Part shown: piece after piece, positions 47,165-58,075 of the stretch | Numbering within the stretch: position 1 is the stretch's first letter | How the letters are laid out: every line of letters starts with the position of its first letter | DNA from: an uncultured Acidobacteriota bacterium | GTDB lineage: Bacteria > Acidobacteriota > Terriglobia > UBA7540 | Assembly: GCA_963804995.1 (NCBI GenBank) | Contig: CAWDSK010000006.1 | Coordinates: 320,001 to 384,000, forward strand | Length of the DNA stretch: 64,000 nucleotides | Direction: 5' to 3' | Translations under genes and position numbers: made by a program | Notes under the pieces: generated by a model | Told to the model about the DNA's origin: nothing | What the model saw: the letters and a program-made list of their open reading frames with translations, nothing else | The model's database searches: none

Positions 47165-47819
47165 CGATCCCGTGCCCCGGGCAGCAGGCAGAGTTTTCTT
47201 CAGAAGCTTCCGGTTTTTGGCCGACTGAATTTAGAGTTTCATGACATTTTTCTTTCTCGTCACCCGAATCGCATCTTGTGTACGTGGTGCAATTCTCTGT
47301 ACCGCTTGCATTACACCTTGCCGGTCCACCAAACCTCGGTGGTTGAGTGGTCGGAGAAAGCCGTTTAGGAACGCACCCAGAGCACCCACTTGGTTGAGGC
47401 CGCGTCACATATTTATCCGGCAGATCATGCCCTGAAAAGCCAGGTTTGGAAGGAGCCGTACATTCGCCATGACAGCCGGCAGGTCTACAACAAGGACGGG
47501 AGCAAGGGGCCCAGCGTGGAAAGCCCTGGGAAAAGCGAAAGCGGCCTGCCTCCGTACGACGAATGATGGCACTGAATTAGGTTGAAGTGGAAGCGGAAGC
47601 GGCGAAATCTGTTCTGGTTTAATCAGGACGCCTTCAGCAGAAAGGGCGATGTCGTATTTCCGAAGTTCGGTTGGTTCACGGCCTCCTGCTGAGGTGCCGA
47701 GGCGGCTAACATCGCAAAGAGCTGCGGAGGAACCGCGCGCGCTTCTAGCCCTTCGACCGATTCCGTGCACTTCCAAGAGACGGGGTTCCTTGGTTTTGTT
47801 AGTGGGAGGGAGAGGGAAA

Positions 47820-49277
47820 ATGATGAAAGAATTTGGACGGCGTGGGTTTCTCAGAACTGTGGCGGCAGGTTTGGCATCAGGTCCCACAATTCTTATGTCG
47901 ATTGCACCCAAAGATACCGACATCCGGATCGAATACATCAGTACCGAATACCAGGCATTCAAATATCGTGTGCCCATCAAGTTCGGCGGGCGCGTGACCG
48001 ACCGGGTCACCCTTCTTAACGTGAACTGCGTGGTTAGTTCCGTGGGGGGCAAGACCGCCAAGGGCTTCGGCATGATGCCACTTGCCAATACCTGGGCGTT
48101 TCCTTCACGCAAGTTGCCATTTGACGTCACCCTGAACGCCATGACAACCCTGGCCGAGCGCATCTCAAAGATTTCGGGAAGCTACAAGGAATACGGCCAC
48201 CCCATCGACCTGACCTGGGCGCTTGAGCCCGAATACTTGAAGGCTGCTGATGAGATTTCAAAGGCGCAGAAGCTTATCGAGCCGATTCCCAAGCTTTGCA
48301 CCCTGGTCACCGCCAGCGCGTTTGATGCAGCCCTCCATGACGCCTTTGGCAAGCTGCATGGCCTTAACTGCTATCACACCTACGGGCCGGAATTCATGAC
48401 CCACGACCTTGCCTATTACGTGGGGTCTTTGGATAAAGAGAATTACAAGGGAGAATATCCGAACAAGTACATTCGGCAGGAGCCCAAAGCGCGCATGCCG
48501 CTCTACCATTTGGTTTCAGCCATCGATCCCTTGGTAGACTCCGACATCACGCATCACGTGAACGATGGCCTGCCCGAGACGCTTCCCCAGTGGATCAATT
48601 ACAACGGATTGACCCATTTCAAAATCAAGCTGGACGGCGACAACCTGAAATGGGATTCCGAGCGGGTGCTCAGCGTCGACCGCGTGGCCACTGAAGCCGA
48701 GAAGAAGCGTGGCACCAAGGATTGGGTTTACTCGCTCGACTTCAACGAGCGGTGCCCGAACGTCCAGTACCTGGTGGATTTTCTGCACATGGTGAAAGAA
48801 AAGTCACCGGGAGGATTCGAGCGGATCCAGTACGTCGAACAGCCGACGGCGCGCGACCTTGAAACTCACCGCCAGAACGTAATGTTCGAAGCCGCCAAGC
48901 TCAAGCCGGTGGTGATCGACGAATCGCTGACCGGCGTCGATGCCCTCATGCTGTCGCGCGAGATGGGCTATTCCGGGGCGGCGCTGAAGGCTTGTAAGGG
49001 GCAAAGTGCCATGATGATCATCGCGTCGGTGGCGGAGAGGCACAAGATGTTTCTGTGCGTGCAGGACCTGGCTTGCCCGGGTGCCAGCCTGATCCAATCG
49101 GCCAGTCTCGCGGCGCACGTCCCTGACGTCAGGGCCATTGAAGCCAATTCGCGCCAGTTCGTGCCTGAGGCAAATAAGGGTTGGGAAAAGCGTTTCCCGG
49201 GCGTCTTCATCATCAAGGACGGCACCATGGACACGTCCCACTTGAATGGTCTGGGGATTGGCGCTGTCCAGAGTTAA
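47820..49277 (+). CDS. Enolase-superfamily (mandelate racemase-like) protein with Tat-like leader
   Basis: 'RRGFL', 'FKIKL', 'LDFNE', 'YVEQP', 'IDES', 'ALKACK'. Confidence 0.85.
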   Translation: MMKEFGRRGFLRTVAAGLASGPTILMSIAPKDTDIRIEYISTEYQAFKYRVPIKFGGRVTDRVTLLNVNCVVSSVGGKTAKGFGMMPLANTWAFPSRKLPFDVTLNAMTTLAERISKISGSYKEYGHPIDLTWALEPEYLKAADEISKAQKLIEPIPKLCTLVTASAFDAALHDAFGKLHGLNCYHTYGPEFMTHDLAYYVGSLDKENYKGEYPNKYIRQEPKARMPLYHLVSAIDPLVDSDITHHVNDGLPETLPQWINYNGLTHFKIKLDGDNLKWDSERVLSVDRVATEAEKKRGTKDWVYSLDFNERCPNVQYLVDFLHMVKEKSPGGFERIQYVEQPTARDLETHRQNVMFEAAKLKPVVIDESLTGVDALMLSREMGYSGAALKACKGQSAMMIIASVAERHKMFLCVQDLACPGASLIQSASLAAHVPDVRAIEANSRQFVPEANKGWEKRFPGVFIIKDGTMDTSHLNGLGIGAVQS

Positions 49278-49338
49278 TTTCGCAGGTCCTTTTCCTGAAG
49301 GCAGGGCAGGGGCGATGGCTTTCGGAGGGATTGCAGGT

Positions 49339-49831
49339 ATGGACGCGATGGAAGTGTTGAAGACCCGGCGAGCTGTGCGCGCCTACACGCGCGAACCAGT
49401 GCCTAGGAACGTTATTGAAGATATCATTGATTGCGGACGTATGGCGGCCACCGCGATCAACATTCAGCCTTGGGAATTTGTGGTGGTGACAGACCCCGGG
49501 ATACGGCTCAGGATCGCCAATGCCACCGACTACGGGAAGTTCATCGCGGACGCCCCAGTGTGCGTTGTGGTCCTATGCCGGGACACAAAGTATTACCTCG
49601 AAGACGGAAGTGCCGCAACAGAGAATATCCTGCTTGCTGCTCGGGCGCACGGCCTAGGTTCCTGCTGGGTTGCCGGAGATAAGAAGCCCTATGCGCCGGA
49701 TATCTGCCAGATGATCGGAGCACCGTCGGGCTACAAGCTGATTAGCTTGATTCCGATTGGCTACCCGGCGGAGAGTCCGGAAAAGGCTAAGCGGCCTTTG
49801 TCAGAACGTCTTGCATTGGGAGAAGTACTGA
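49339..49831 (+). CDS. Nitroreductase-family protein with an apparent frameshift near the C-terminus
   Basis: 'TRRAVRAY', 'N.QPWEFVVV', 'ILLAA.AHGLGSCW'. Removing one A near 49805 gives 'DVLHWEKY*'. Confidence 0.85.
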
Positions 49832-50278
49832 ATCCTCCGCGAGCGTTTCGCCAGCAGCGACTTCGAGAGGGCACATTGCTTGGAAATTTATCCGCCGAGG
49901 ACGACCTTTGAAGAAGTAAACGTGTGAGAGGCAACTGCAATCCGAGGCTCCAAATCCCGGCAGAGGGATTGTTGCCCCGTTCAGCTTCTGCGTCGCGCGT
50001 GCCCACTCGTGTTCGCGTCGTCTCCCATCGTAGTTAAGCCACACTGAATGCAAGCGTGTGTGCGCTCTCAAATAGTCGATGTGCCAGTGCGGTCGTGTGG
50101 ACAGCTTTTGATGGTGGGCGATCCGGGCACGCAAGCCCCCTGGTCCCAACGCGCTGCCCAGGTAAACGTAATACCCGCGCTGAAGCTGCATTATTCCTAG
50201 GCGCCCGATCTGGATCCGGGCATTGCTCGCGCAGAAAAGTATCAACGCGTATGTTCCAGGCTTCGACTCAATAACCAT
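49787..50278 (-). CDS. DUF123 / GIY-YIG (Uri) family protein
   Basis: 'GTYAL', 'GYYVYLGSA.GPGG', 'HWHIDYL', 'GFGASDC.C.SH'. Confidence 0.85.
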   Translation of the reverse strand: MVIESKPGTYALILFCASNARIQIGRLGIMQLQRGYYVYLGSALGPGGLRARIAHHQKLSTRPHWHIDYLRAHTRLHSVWLNYDGRRREHEWARATQKLNGATIPLPGFGASDCSCLSHVYFFKGRPRRINFQAMCPLEVAAGETLAEDSVLLPMQDVLTKAA

Positions 50279-50408
50279 TCCGCCGAACTTCCTCTTTTCT
50301 GCGAGAAGATCCTCAATTTCGACTCTAGCTAAGTAAATCGCAAGGAACCTCGATAACCACGTGGCCGACCCTGTTCAAGCCGCCGAAAGCAGACTTGGCC
50401 GCCAGGCT

Positions 50409-50989
50409 TCACTTTATTCGCCATATCGGCTTCGGGAAGCGGAACGGTGGATCTGGTTTCTGGTATCCGTAGTAATGGGAGTGTGGCGGCTCCACCTCGC
50501 CCTTGCGGTCACGGATCGACGTGGGGCTTTCCTTAAGCGGATCAATCCGGTCTGCCTGCTGCTCAGCCCACGCCAAGAAGTTACCAAATGGAGTTCCGAC
50601 CTCGCTGGGTTGTCCGCCTTGCCGGGCGGAATCACGGGCGGCTGAAACGAATGATCGCAACTGCTCAGCACGCAGCCAGCTCGCCGCGGCGCGACGCAGC
50701 GCGCGGACTCGCGACTTTTCGGCCATGATCCTCTGATGGAGCCGGGCACGTTCCTCGGCTCGTCGCTGGGATTCCCGCTGCTCGGCTGCCTGTTTCTCCT
50801 TACTCGTCCTCTCGGCGGCAGCAATTCGAATGAAGCAGGCCATAATGGGTGACTCCGAAAGCCGATAGAGAAATCGTTCCATCGCGTAATACTGCAGCAC
50901 TTCGTTGAAGGGGCGGGAAGTCTGATGAGCCTTGTTCAGAAGCCGTTGGTGAACCGACGCTGAGATATTGGTGCGTGTTCGTTTGGTCA
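50409..50989 (-). pseudogene. Truncated AbiEii-like toxin N-terminus fused to an unrelated C-terminal fragment
   Basis: 'ASVHQRLLN.A....RPFNEVLQYYAMERFLYRLSESP' stops before the 'LKG' nucleotidyltransferase motif and continues into a 'W.RAEQLR.F...WAEQQADRIDPL' segment. Confidence 0.7.
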
Positions 50990-51604
50990 CACCAGCGCCT
51001 CCAGGTAGGGGCGCATCACCCGTGATACTCGGCACAATGCGGCGGCTTCGAGCAAGGTGTCTAGGTTTTTCTTTCTTCTTTCAAGATACAGTTTGAGCGC
51101 CTCGCTTGCAGTGTCCATGCCTATTTTGTTTCGGTACTTGAAGCAGTCGGCGATGGTCTTTTCGGGGCTGTAAACTCGTATTGTCATCCCGTCGATCTTC
51201 CTCGTATCTACGCCGAACTCGAAAACGTCCTTGGTGAACCAAAACGTTCGAATGGGCGGCCTGTCAAGCCGCGGCGCCTCAGCACCGCGCGGGAGGGCCA
51301 CGTAGACCTCGTGCGGAATCTGTGTTGTCAGTTCGTGAAAAGCCAGCGCGGAGATGAGACAGATCACGCCGCGTGGAACCTTCATCGCCACCGTGACAAG
51401 ATCCGGATTGCCAAACGGAGGGAGATCGGACAGCCGGTATAGCCCACGCCCAAGACTTATCAGGCTACCAGAGTTGCGCATCCCGTAAAGGGTCTCGGGG
51501 TGAATGCCAAAGCGCAGAGCGTCTCTGGTCCTAAGCACGCCGCCGTGATGCAGGAAAATATTCCTGGCGCGGGCGGGCCGGTCTCGTTTGGCTTGAGCTT
51601 CCAT
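50987..51604 (-). CDS. Type IV TA antitoxin, AbiEi family
   Basis: 'RGLYRL', 'VICLISALAFHELTTQIP', 'VYSPEKTIADCFKYRNKIG'. Confidence 0.9.
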   Translation of the reverse strand: MEAQAKRDRPARARNIFLHHGGVLRTRDALRFGIHPETLYGMRNSGSLISLGRGLYRLSDLPPFGNPDLVTVAMKVPRGVICLISALAFHELTTQIPHEVYVALPRGAEAPRLDRPPIRTFWFTKDVFEFGVDTRKIDGMTIRVYSPEKTIADCFKYRNKIGMDTASEALKLYLERRKKNLDTLLEAAALCRVSRVMRPYLEALV

Positions 51605-51838
51605 GCCGATAATATTACCAGCAATTGTAGAGATTTGGTGGTTAAATTATCGGATTCTCTAACCCGTGATAGGACCTTTTACAGGCTAAGCCCAACGTCG
51701 TTGGGCTATCGTTGGGCTAGAATTTGAAAACAACTCAAAGAACAAGTTGAGAACAGAATACCCCAGAACAGGGTGGAAAACCGTAGAACAACCTCAACGT
51801 AACTCATTGAGAGGCAAAGACGGGCCATTGATAAATTT

Positions 51839-51885
51839 GGCTCATAACCCAAAGGTCCCGGGTTCAAATCCAGCCCCCGCAACCA
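51839..51885 (+). tRNA. 3' half of tRNA-Met(CAT), initiator-like; probable att site rather than a full gene
   Basis: GGCTCATAACCC anticodon arm, GGTTCAAATCC T-loop, GCAACCA end; no 5' half upstream. Confidence 0.8.
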
Positions 51886-51922
51886 AACGCCTTTATATTT
51901 CTTCCACATGCAGATTCATGAT

Positions 51923-51953
51923 GAGGCCACTCGAAAGCGAGTGGCCTTTTCTT
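51923..51953 (+). terminator. Intrinsic terminator after the tRNA fragment
   Basis: AGGCCACTCG-AAAG-CGAGTGGCCT followed by a T-rich tail. Confidence 0.8.
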
Positions 51954-52276
51954 CTTGTACTTATTGGGGTCGTTAGAAACGAACCTCAATTGTTCAGTTT
52001 GCCAAAGTCCTTGTATTACCATTCGTTGGAATTTTCGAAAGAACCGGGACCTTTGGGAATTGTACAAAGGTCCCGGCCAGGCGCGAACATCCTCCGCAGC
52101 ACGGCGGACCCGGGAAATAACACTTACAACGTCCAGGGGGCATGATTATTGGGTTTCAACAAAACTGGCGAAGAGGTAACTTTTCTGGCAGAGCCCAAAC
52201 CCGGCGACCCACGAGAAGAAAACCAACTCATTAGGCCTGCCCTTCGAGGGGCCCTGGACCACCGGGGTTCGTGGGC

Positions 52277-53486
52277 TTATTCCGGCGGTTCAGCAGTCTG
52301 CGGTTGTGAGACGTTCACGGCGGCTCCCTGCCGGATAGCCTGCCGATCATGTTCCTGTCGTTTCTGGATATCCCGGAAGATCGCCATTTGCTTCTCCGCT
52401 TCTGCTCCCCGCCCCACGCGGCGGTAGGCAAACGACAACTGGTAATGTGCGACAGGCTCATCGGGAGCCACACTCGCAGCCTTCTCAAGTGGTGCGAGGG
52501 CCTCAGCAGGCCGGCCCGCGGCAATGAGGGATTTGCCCAAGCCGATGAGCGCTTGATGAAATCGCGGGGCGATTTTAGAGGCGCGCTCGAAATGCTTGAT
52601 GGCCTCGTCCCATTGTCGAGCCTCGCGCGCCATTTCGCCGAGCTCGTACTCTGCTCCCTCATCCGCCGCGTTAAGTTGCAACTCCTCCTCAAACTCCCGG
52701 CGCGCCGCGTCCTCGGTGGCGGGATCACGCTTACCGGCCAGGAGTAGGCGGCCGATTTGGTAGTGAATCCCAGGAACCTGGGGTTCCTTCGCGAGGATTT
52801 CGCGATACTCGGCAATCGCCTCAGCCGTTTTTCCCTGCATTTCCAGTATTTCCGCCCTCATTTGTCGCGCCTGATAGGAGTCAGGCATACCGACCAGCAA
52901 CTCTTGCGAAGCGCGCGTGGAGAGCTCCGAGAAAATGTGCATGCGCAGATAGAGGACCTCCGGGTCCTTCGCAAAATCGTGTTTGAGCCATTGCAGAAAA
53001 TTGACCGCTTGGTCGGGATCATTGACCGACATGGCGCAACGCGCACCATCCAGCCCTACGACGCGACGCAGGGAGGGATATTCGAGGCGCGGGTAGTCTT
53101 CTTCAAGGAGCGGGAGCGCCCCGGCGCAATCCCCTGCCTCCGACAGGCTGAGCCCCAGGAAATAGTGGGCGAGCGCGAGTGAAGGTTTCAACTTTAACGC
53201 CTTGCGACACGGGGCGATGGCATCCTGCGGAACGTCGTGCGGAGTAATAGGCCATTCCCAAGTCGGCCTGAAACTCGGCCACATCAGGAGCCACCGCCGT
53301 TAGCTTTTCCAGTCGCGGGATGGCGGCTGCGTAGTCGCCCTTGTACAGGTCGTCCGTAGCCAACCTGATGAGCTCGTTTAGCTCCTGAGATTGACCTGGT
53401 TCCTCTCGCGTGAATGCCTGAGGGCACACTAGCAGCGGAGGCAAGAACACCGCGATGAGAATCAATCCAAGACGTGGCCCAGCCAT
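52277..53486 (-). pseudogene. Exported TPR protein, frameshifted
   Basis: ORF 53103..53486 (signal peptide plus first TPR) overlaps ORF 52277..53284 (TPRs) with a frame switch near 53230-53250. Confidence 0.75.
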
Positions 53487-53590
53487 GAATTAACTCCACT
53501 TGCCGGAATCGGGCAAGAATATGCTAGCCGACAGCGCCCCCCTTACAACGAAACCGGGATTGGCGTTGGTGGGGCGCCAACTGCTTGCGA

Positions 53591-55054
53591 CTATTGGGAG
53601 TCGCTAACATGCACCCAAAGATGGGTGATGCCCTTTTGGCCCAAGTGGTTCGCGCGCTCTACACGCACGACGTAATCACCCGGCTTGGAAAAAGTGTGCG
53701 TGATGACAGCGAAGCCATTTGGTGCATGCTCGTCAACGTCACCATCGGACTTGGTCTCAGCCGTCGAGCCGTCACCGAATGACCAGGTCTCTTGTCCTTC
53801 CGTCGTGCCAAAGGCTCGAACCTTAAAGGTGACGGGCTTCCCGGGCCGGATGCCGGTCGTGGGCCAGTACGCCGCCTGGACAGCGGGGGGAACCTGGTCA
53901 GGATGCTTGGGGTCAACCACGTCAACCCCTTCAAAATCGTAAGCAACGCGGCCGCGGTCGTCAGTAACTTTCAAGATCTCACTATATACGCCCGCCTTCG
54001 GGTAGGACCGGTCGACTTTCGCTCCTGAAGCTTTCTCCCCATCGGTGAAGGTCCACTCGTAGCTCACAAGGCGTGACTCTCCCCAGGACCGCGACCCATC
54101 CAGAGTCACCTTCTCACCTTCGAGTATGGCCTGATGAGGCCGCGCCACGGCGATCAGGTGCGGCTTATATTGCCGTTGGTAGGCCTCCCACAGAAACGCA
54201 TACCCCTCCAGCGTCCCCAATTTTCCCGAGGCTTGCGGGCTCAAAATTTCGTAGTGAAGGTGCGACCATCCCCCGCTATCGCCCTCTTTCCCGAGCGTGC
54301 CGATCTTCTGCCCCATGGCCACCCTTCCTCCCAGCTTCACCGATGGGTCAAAGGAGTGCAGGTGTGAGTAGCGATGATACCAGCCGCGCTCATCCAGTAT
54401 ATAAATCGTGCCGCCGACAACCAACTCAAGAGTTGTGTTGTTCTTTTCCTTATCGATTGCGTCATGCCCCATCGCCACAACGAGGCCGGGAGTCGTGGCC
54501 ACAACATCCACCAACCCTTCCGCCCCGCCAATGTCGAGCCCCGCGTGATAGTAGATTTTCTTTGAGCTGATTCTTTCGCCGCCGTCGACGTGAGTTGGCT
54601 CATTCGCCATTTGGGTCCGCGTGGCGAACCAGACTTGCCGGACCGGGTAAACCATCGATCCCGGGGGCATGAATGGCGATCCCGCAGGCCAGATGCGCAG
54701 ACGGGCGTCTTTGTTGGCGAGCGCCCAGTGATCGAAATCGCTATTCTGATAGTAAGCCTTGGTCACCGCGCAATCAGCCTGCACGCCCCCGATACTTACT
54801 GGCAGGCGGTAGTTTCCACAAGAGAGAGTTGCGTGTTCCCCGTTGATTTCAACTTCCGCGCGGGCATCCCAAATCGCGGACCGAACCTTGTTGCGGCTAT
54901 CGGCAATGGCGAGCAACTTTACGGTTGCGGCCTTGCCGTTGGCTAACTGGATGCGCTGCGTTTCGCCTACATTGATATCCACGACGCGGAAGAGCGGCTG
55001 TTGTGCGACCACCAGACTGGCAAAGAGGAGCATGAACGCAAGTGTCTTGTACAC
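53591..55054 (-). CDS. Exported M23-peptidase-like protein with two PKD domains
   Basis: 'HAGLD', 'YSHL', 'HLHYE'; 'YEWTFTDG', 'WSFGDG...HTFSKPG.Y'. Confidence 0.85.
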   Translation of the reverse strand: MYKTLAFMLLFASLVVAQQPLFRVVDINVGETQRIQLANGKAATVKLLAIADSRNKVRSAIWDARAEVEINGEHATLSCGNYRLPVSIGGVQADCAVTKAYYQNSDFDHWALANKDARLRIWPAGSPFMPPGSMVYPVRQVWFATRTQMANEPTHVDGGERISSKKIYYHAGLDIGGAEGLVDVVATTPGLVVAMGHDAIDKEKNNTTLELVVGGTIYILDERGWYHRYSHLHSFDPSVKLGGRVAMGQKIGTLGKEGDSGGWSHLHYEILSPQASGKLGTLEGYAFLWEAYQRQYKPHLIAVARPHQAILEGEKVTLDGSRSWGESRLVSYEWTFTDGEKASGAKVDRSYPKAGVYSEILKVTDDRGRVAYDFEGVDVVDPKHPDQVPPAVQAAYWPTTGIRPGKPVTFKVRAFGTTEGQETWSFGDGSTAETKSDGDVDEHAPNGFAVITHTFSKPGDYVVRVERANHLGQKGITHLWVHVSDSQ

Positions 55055-55179
55055 AGGTTGAACCCCTATTCAGATTTTATGGCCCCGATCATCCGTCAGA
55101 CCATACCCCCACTTCTCGCACCGGTCAAGTTCGGAACGCAGCCTGGGAACATCGCGGATGCAGTCGCAACTATTGAGTG

Positions 55180-55334
55180 CTGCAGAATACAATGACGGAT
55201 AAACCCCCTCACCCGGCGCTGCGCGCCACCCTCTCCCCCAAGGGGGCGAGGGCGTAAACTCAATTTACTTCTCCCCTCGCCCCCTTGGGGGAGAGGGGCG
55301 GGGGTGAGGGGGTCTTTGTCACTCAATTCTGCAG
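55180..55334. repeat. Large palindromic MITE/REP-like element
   Basis: CTGCAGAAT...ATTCTGCAG ends enclosing ACCCCCTCACCC...GGGTGAGGGGGT hairpins. Confidence 0.75.
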
Positions 55335-55350
55335 TAATCAGTAAATGGCC

Positions 55351-55452
55351 TTTCTCCTGACTCCTGACTGCTGGCTCCCGTCTACCGTTTACTGCCTACT
55401 GCCCACTGCCTATTGCCTTCTGCTTACTGCCTTCCGCCTACTGCCTACTGCC
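55351..55452. repeat. Degenerate heptamer tandem repeat (CTGCCTA)n
   Basis: ctgccta ctgccca ctgccta ttgcctt ctgctta ctgcctt ccgccta ctgccta. Confidence 0.85.
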
Positions 55453-55849
55453 CCCCGGGCCCCGTTCCTCAACCCGCCCGGCCTTAGAAAATGCCCACAA
55501 GCAGAAGGGCGCTGACCGTGGTTGTCCGCTCAAAGTCCTGGCGAACCTGCGCGATGTGTCAATCGCTGTTTTGCGAGCGGAGCGGCTGAAATAAGAGGAA
55601 GCGAAACCAGTGCGAAGCTGAGGGCTGAGAGCTGTCAGCCTTTAGCTATCGGCTGTGAGCTGTAAGCTACCGTGGGGCATCGGGCGGGAGAAAAGGCCTA
55701 CGGGCAGGACGGCTCGCCGGCCATTAAGATCGGTGGACTTTCAGCCGCGCCGGCGCAGCGCTTTTCCGCCAGCCGCCATTGATGCTATCTTAAAGGCATT
55801 ACTTGAAAATAAAAGGGGGGGGTGTATACTCCCCGCGACGGGAGTGACG

Positions 55850-57166
55850 ATGTTTTTCAAGACTTCCCTCCGCCAACTCTACCTGGAAGACGAGCGGCCC
55901 TGGCTGGTGGGCTTTAGCGGCGGCAAGGACAGCACCATGCTGGCGTCGCTGATTTTCGACGCCGTCCTGTCCATTCCCACTGAACAGCGAAAGAAGCCCA
56001 TCTCGGTCCTTTGCTCGGACACGCGCGTGCAGATTCCCGCCATTGCCGAAATGATCGAAGGCACGCTGGACCGCATGCGGAAGTGCTCCGAGCAGCACGA
56101 CCTCAATATTGAGGCCAACCATGTAGCGCCGACCTTTAGGTCGGCACGTGCTGACCTAAAGGTCAGCGCTACAACCGAAGAATCCTTTTTGGGTCAACAT
56201 CATCGGCCGGGGCCACCCGCCCCCCAACCGCGTCTTCCGCTGGTGCACGCAGCGCATGAAGATTGATCCGGTAAATGCCTTGGTGAAACAGCGTGTGGGC
56301 CATTGGGGAGAGGCCATCCCGCACCTCGGAGCGCGCCGCGCCGAAAGCTCCACCCGCGCCCAAACCATGGCGGCCCGCCAAACGCGCAACGGATTGCGGC
56401 GTCATCCTGACTTGCCCCGCGTCTGGGTGTCGAATGAATTCCTCTCCGCCGAGGACGTTTGGGCCGACAGAACCCCAACCCCCGAGGCAATCGCCCCCTC
56501 TACAAGCTTTACGCCAGTGCCTCGAACGGTGAGTGCCCCATCCAAATTGACACCAGCACTCCCAGTTGTGGCAACAGCCGCTTCGGCTGCTGGACGTGCA
56601 CGGTGGTTGACCGCGACAAGGCCAGCGAAGGACTGCTGGCCAGCGGCGACGAGCGCATGGAAAAACTGATTGAATTCCGCGAAAAGCTCCTGTTTTTCCG
56701 CGACCCCGCCAATGGCAAGCGCGACACCCGGCGCATGAACGGCAACGAAGGCAACGGCCCCTTGCTGATTACTGCCCGTCGCGAACTGCTGACCCAGTTA
56801 CTAAAGTTGCAGGAAGGGGTTCAATTACAGCTCATCAGTCCCGAGGAACTCCTCCTAATTCAGCAATTGTGGAAAGCCGCCCGCGACCCCGACGACGGGC
56901 GCGGCGTGGCGCGCATCGTCAACCGGCAGAGAGGTGTGATCATGAATGCCGACCTGAGCGAACTCAGCCGTTTGCGCGAAATTGAAAACAAAGTCGCCGC
57001 CGAAAAAGGCATTAACGTCGAAACCCTCCGGCGCATGGTCGCCAAGGTGGAAGAATACAGCGAAAGCCACCGCGCCCACGGCCTCCCCGGTGATTTGCTG
57101 AATATCCTCAAGGACGATCTAGAAAACGAGTCGGTGGTCGCAATGCAACAATCCCGAGTCATGTAG
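55850..57166 (+). pseudogene. dndC: DNA phosphorothioation sulfurtransferase DndC, disrupted
   Basis: 'PWLVGFSGGKDST', 'FWVNIIGRG', 'RWCT.RMKIDP', 'GARRAES', 'GECP...TPSCGNSRFGCWTCTVV' spread across three frames. Confidence 0.85.
56122..56173. repeat. REP-like 52 bp palindrome inserted in dndC
   Basis: TGTAGCGCCGACCTTTAGGTCGGC-ACGT-GCTGACCTAAAGGTCAGCGCTACA (22/24 stem). Confidence 0.85.
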
Positions 57167-57349
57167 GGGCCAATATTATTTGGCCATATACAATGCCAAC
57201 CAGCCGCCCGCAGTCTATTTCTCTTCACTCAGTGATCAACCTACTGATCAAGAGTGTTCAATTGATCGCCTACCAACCGTGGATCAACTTGACAACTAAC
57301 ACGCCTCGATCAACGATCCCAACAGGCGCGGCACTTGGCGCCACCCAGC

Positions 57350-57965
57350 ATGGCAGACACCCTACCCAACGTCCCGGAAGTCGCAAGTGCGTTACCCCCG
57401 CCGGTCTTTCATGACGCGAAGCACCACGTAAAAATTTACCAGGGTGACTGCCTGGAGATTCTGGCCGCCATTCCCCCCGATTGCGTTGACCTGATCTTCG
57501 CCGACCCGCCGTATTTCCTGTCGAATGACGGCATCACCTGCCACGCGGGCAAGATGGTTTCGGTCAACAAGGGGAAGTGGGATAAGTCCCAGGGGGCTGA
57601 CCTCGACCATGAATTCAATCGTGCCTGGCTTGCCGCCTGCCAGCGCGTGCTGAAGCCCCACGGCAGCATCTGGGTTAGCGGCACCAGCCACGTGATTCAC
57701 TCCGTGGGCTTTGCCATGCAGCAACTGGGATTCAAGCTGCTGAACGATATCAGTTGGGTCAAGCCCAACCCGCCGCCCAACCTTTCCTGCCGCTACTTCA
57801 CCCACGCTACGGAGACACTGATCTGGGCGGCCAAAAATAAGAAAAGCAAGCACACGTTCAATTACAAGCTGATGCGGGAAATGGCGGGCGGAAAACAGAT
57901 GAAAAGCGTATGGCAGATTGCCGCGCCCGGTCGCGCCGAGAAACGCTTCGGCAAACACCCTACAC
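57350..57965 (+). pseudogene. Beta-class N6/N4 DNA methyltransferase (DpnA-like), truncated
   Basis: 'IFADPPY', 'WVKPNPPPNLSCRYFTH', 'GKQMKSVW', 'KHPT'; the expected downstream DPF.G.G SAM motif is absent. Confidence 0.8.
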
Positions 57966-58075
57966 GAACAAACCAACGCGATTGCATTCAGGGACGGTCA
58001 GTTGTATGTTATGCGTCGGTCGACCTTTAAAAGCGGAAATATTGGCTGGAGAAACGGGAGGGTAACAGGCCTACC

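Noticed and set aside
51839..51885. Complete tRNA-Met gene
   Set aside because: The acceptor 5' strand and D-arm are absent
42950..53300. Programmed frameshifting in the GNAT toxin, nitroreductase and TPR genes
   Set aside because: Scattered single-base indels in unrelated genes fit decay or assembly error better; needs read inspection
55351..55670. Heptamer repeats as a CRISPR or coding repeat
   Set aside because: Short degenerate intergenic tandem repeats without spacers or an ORF
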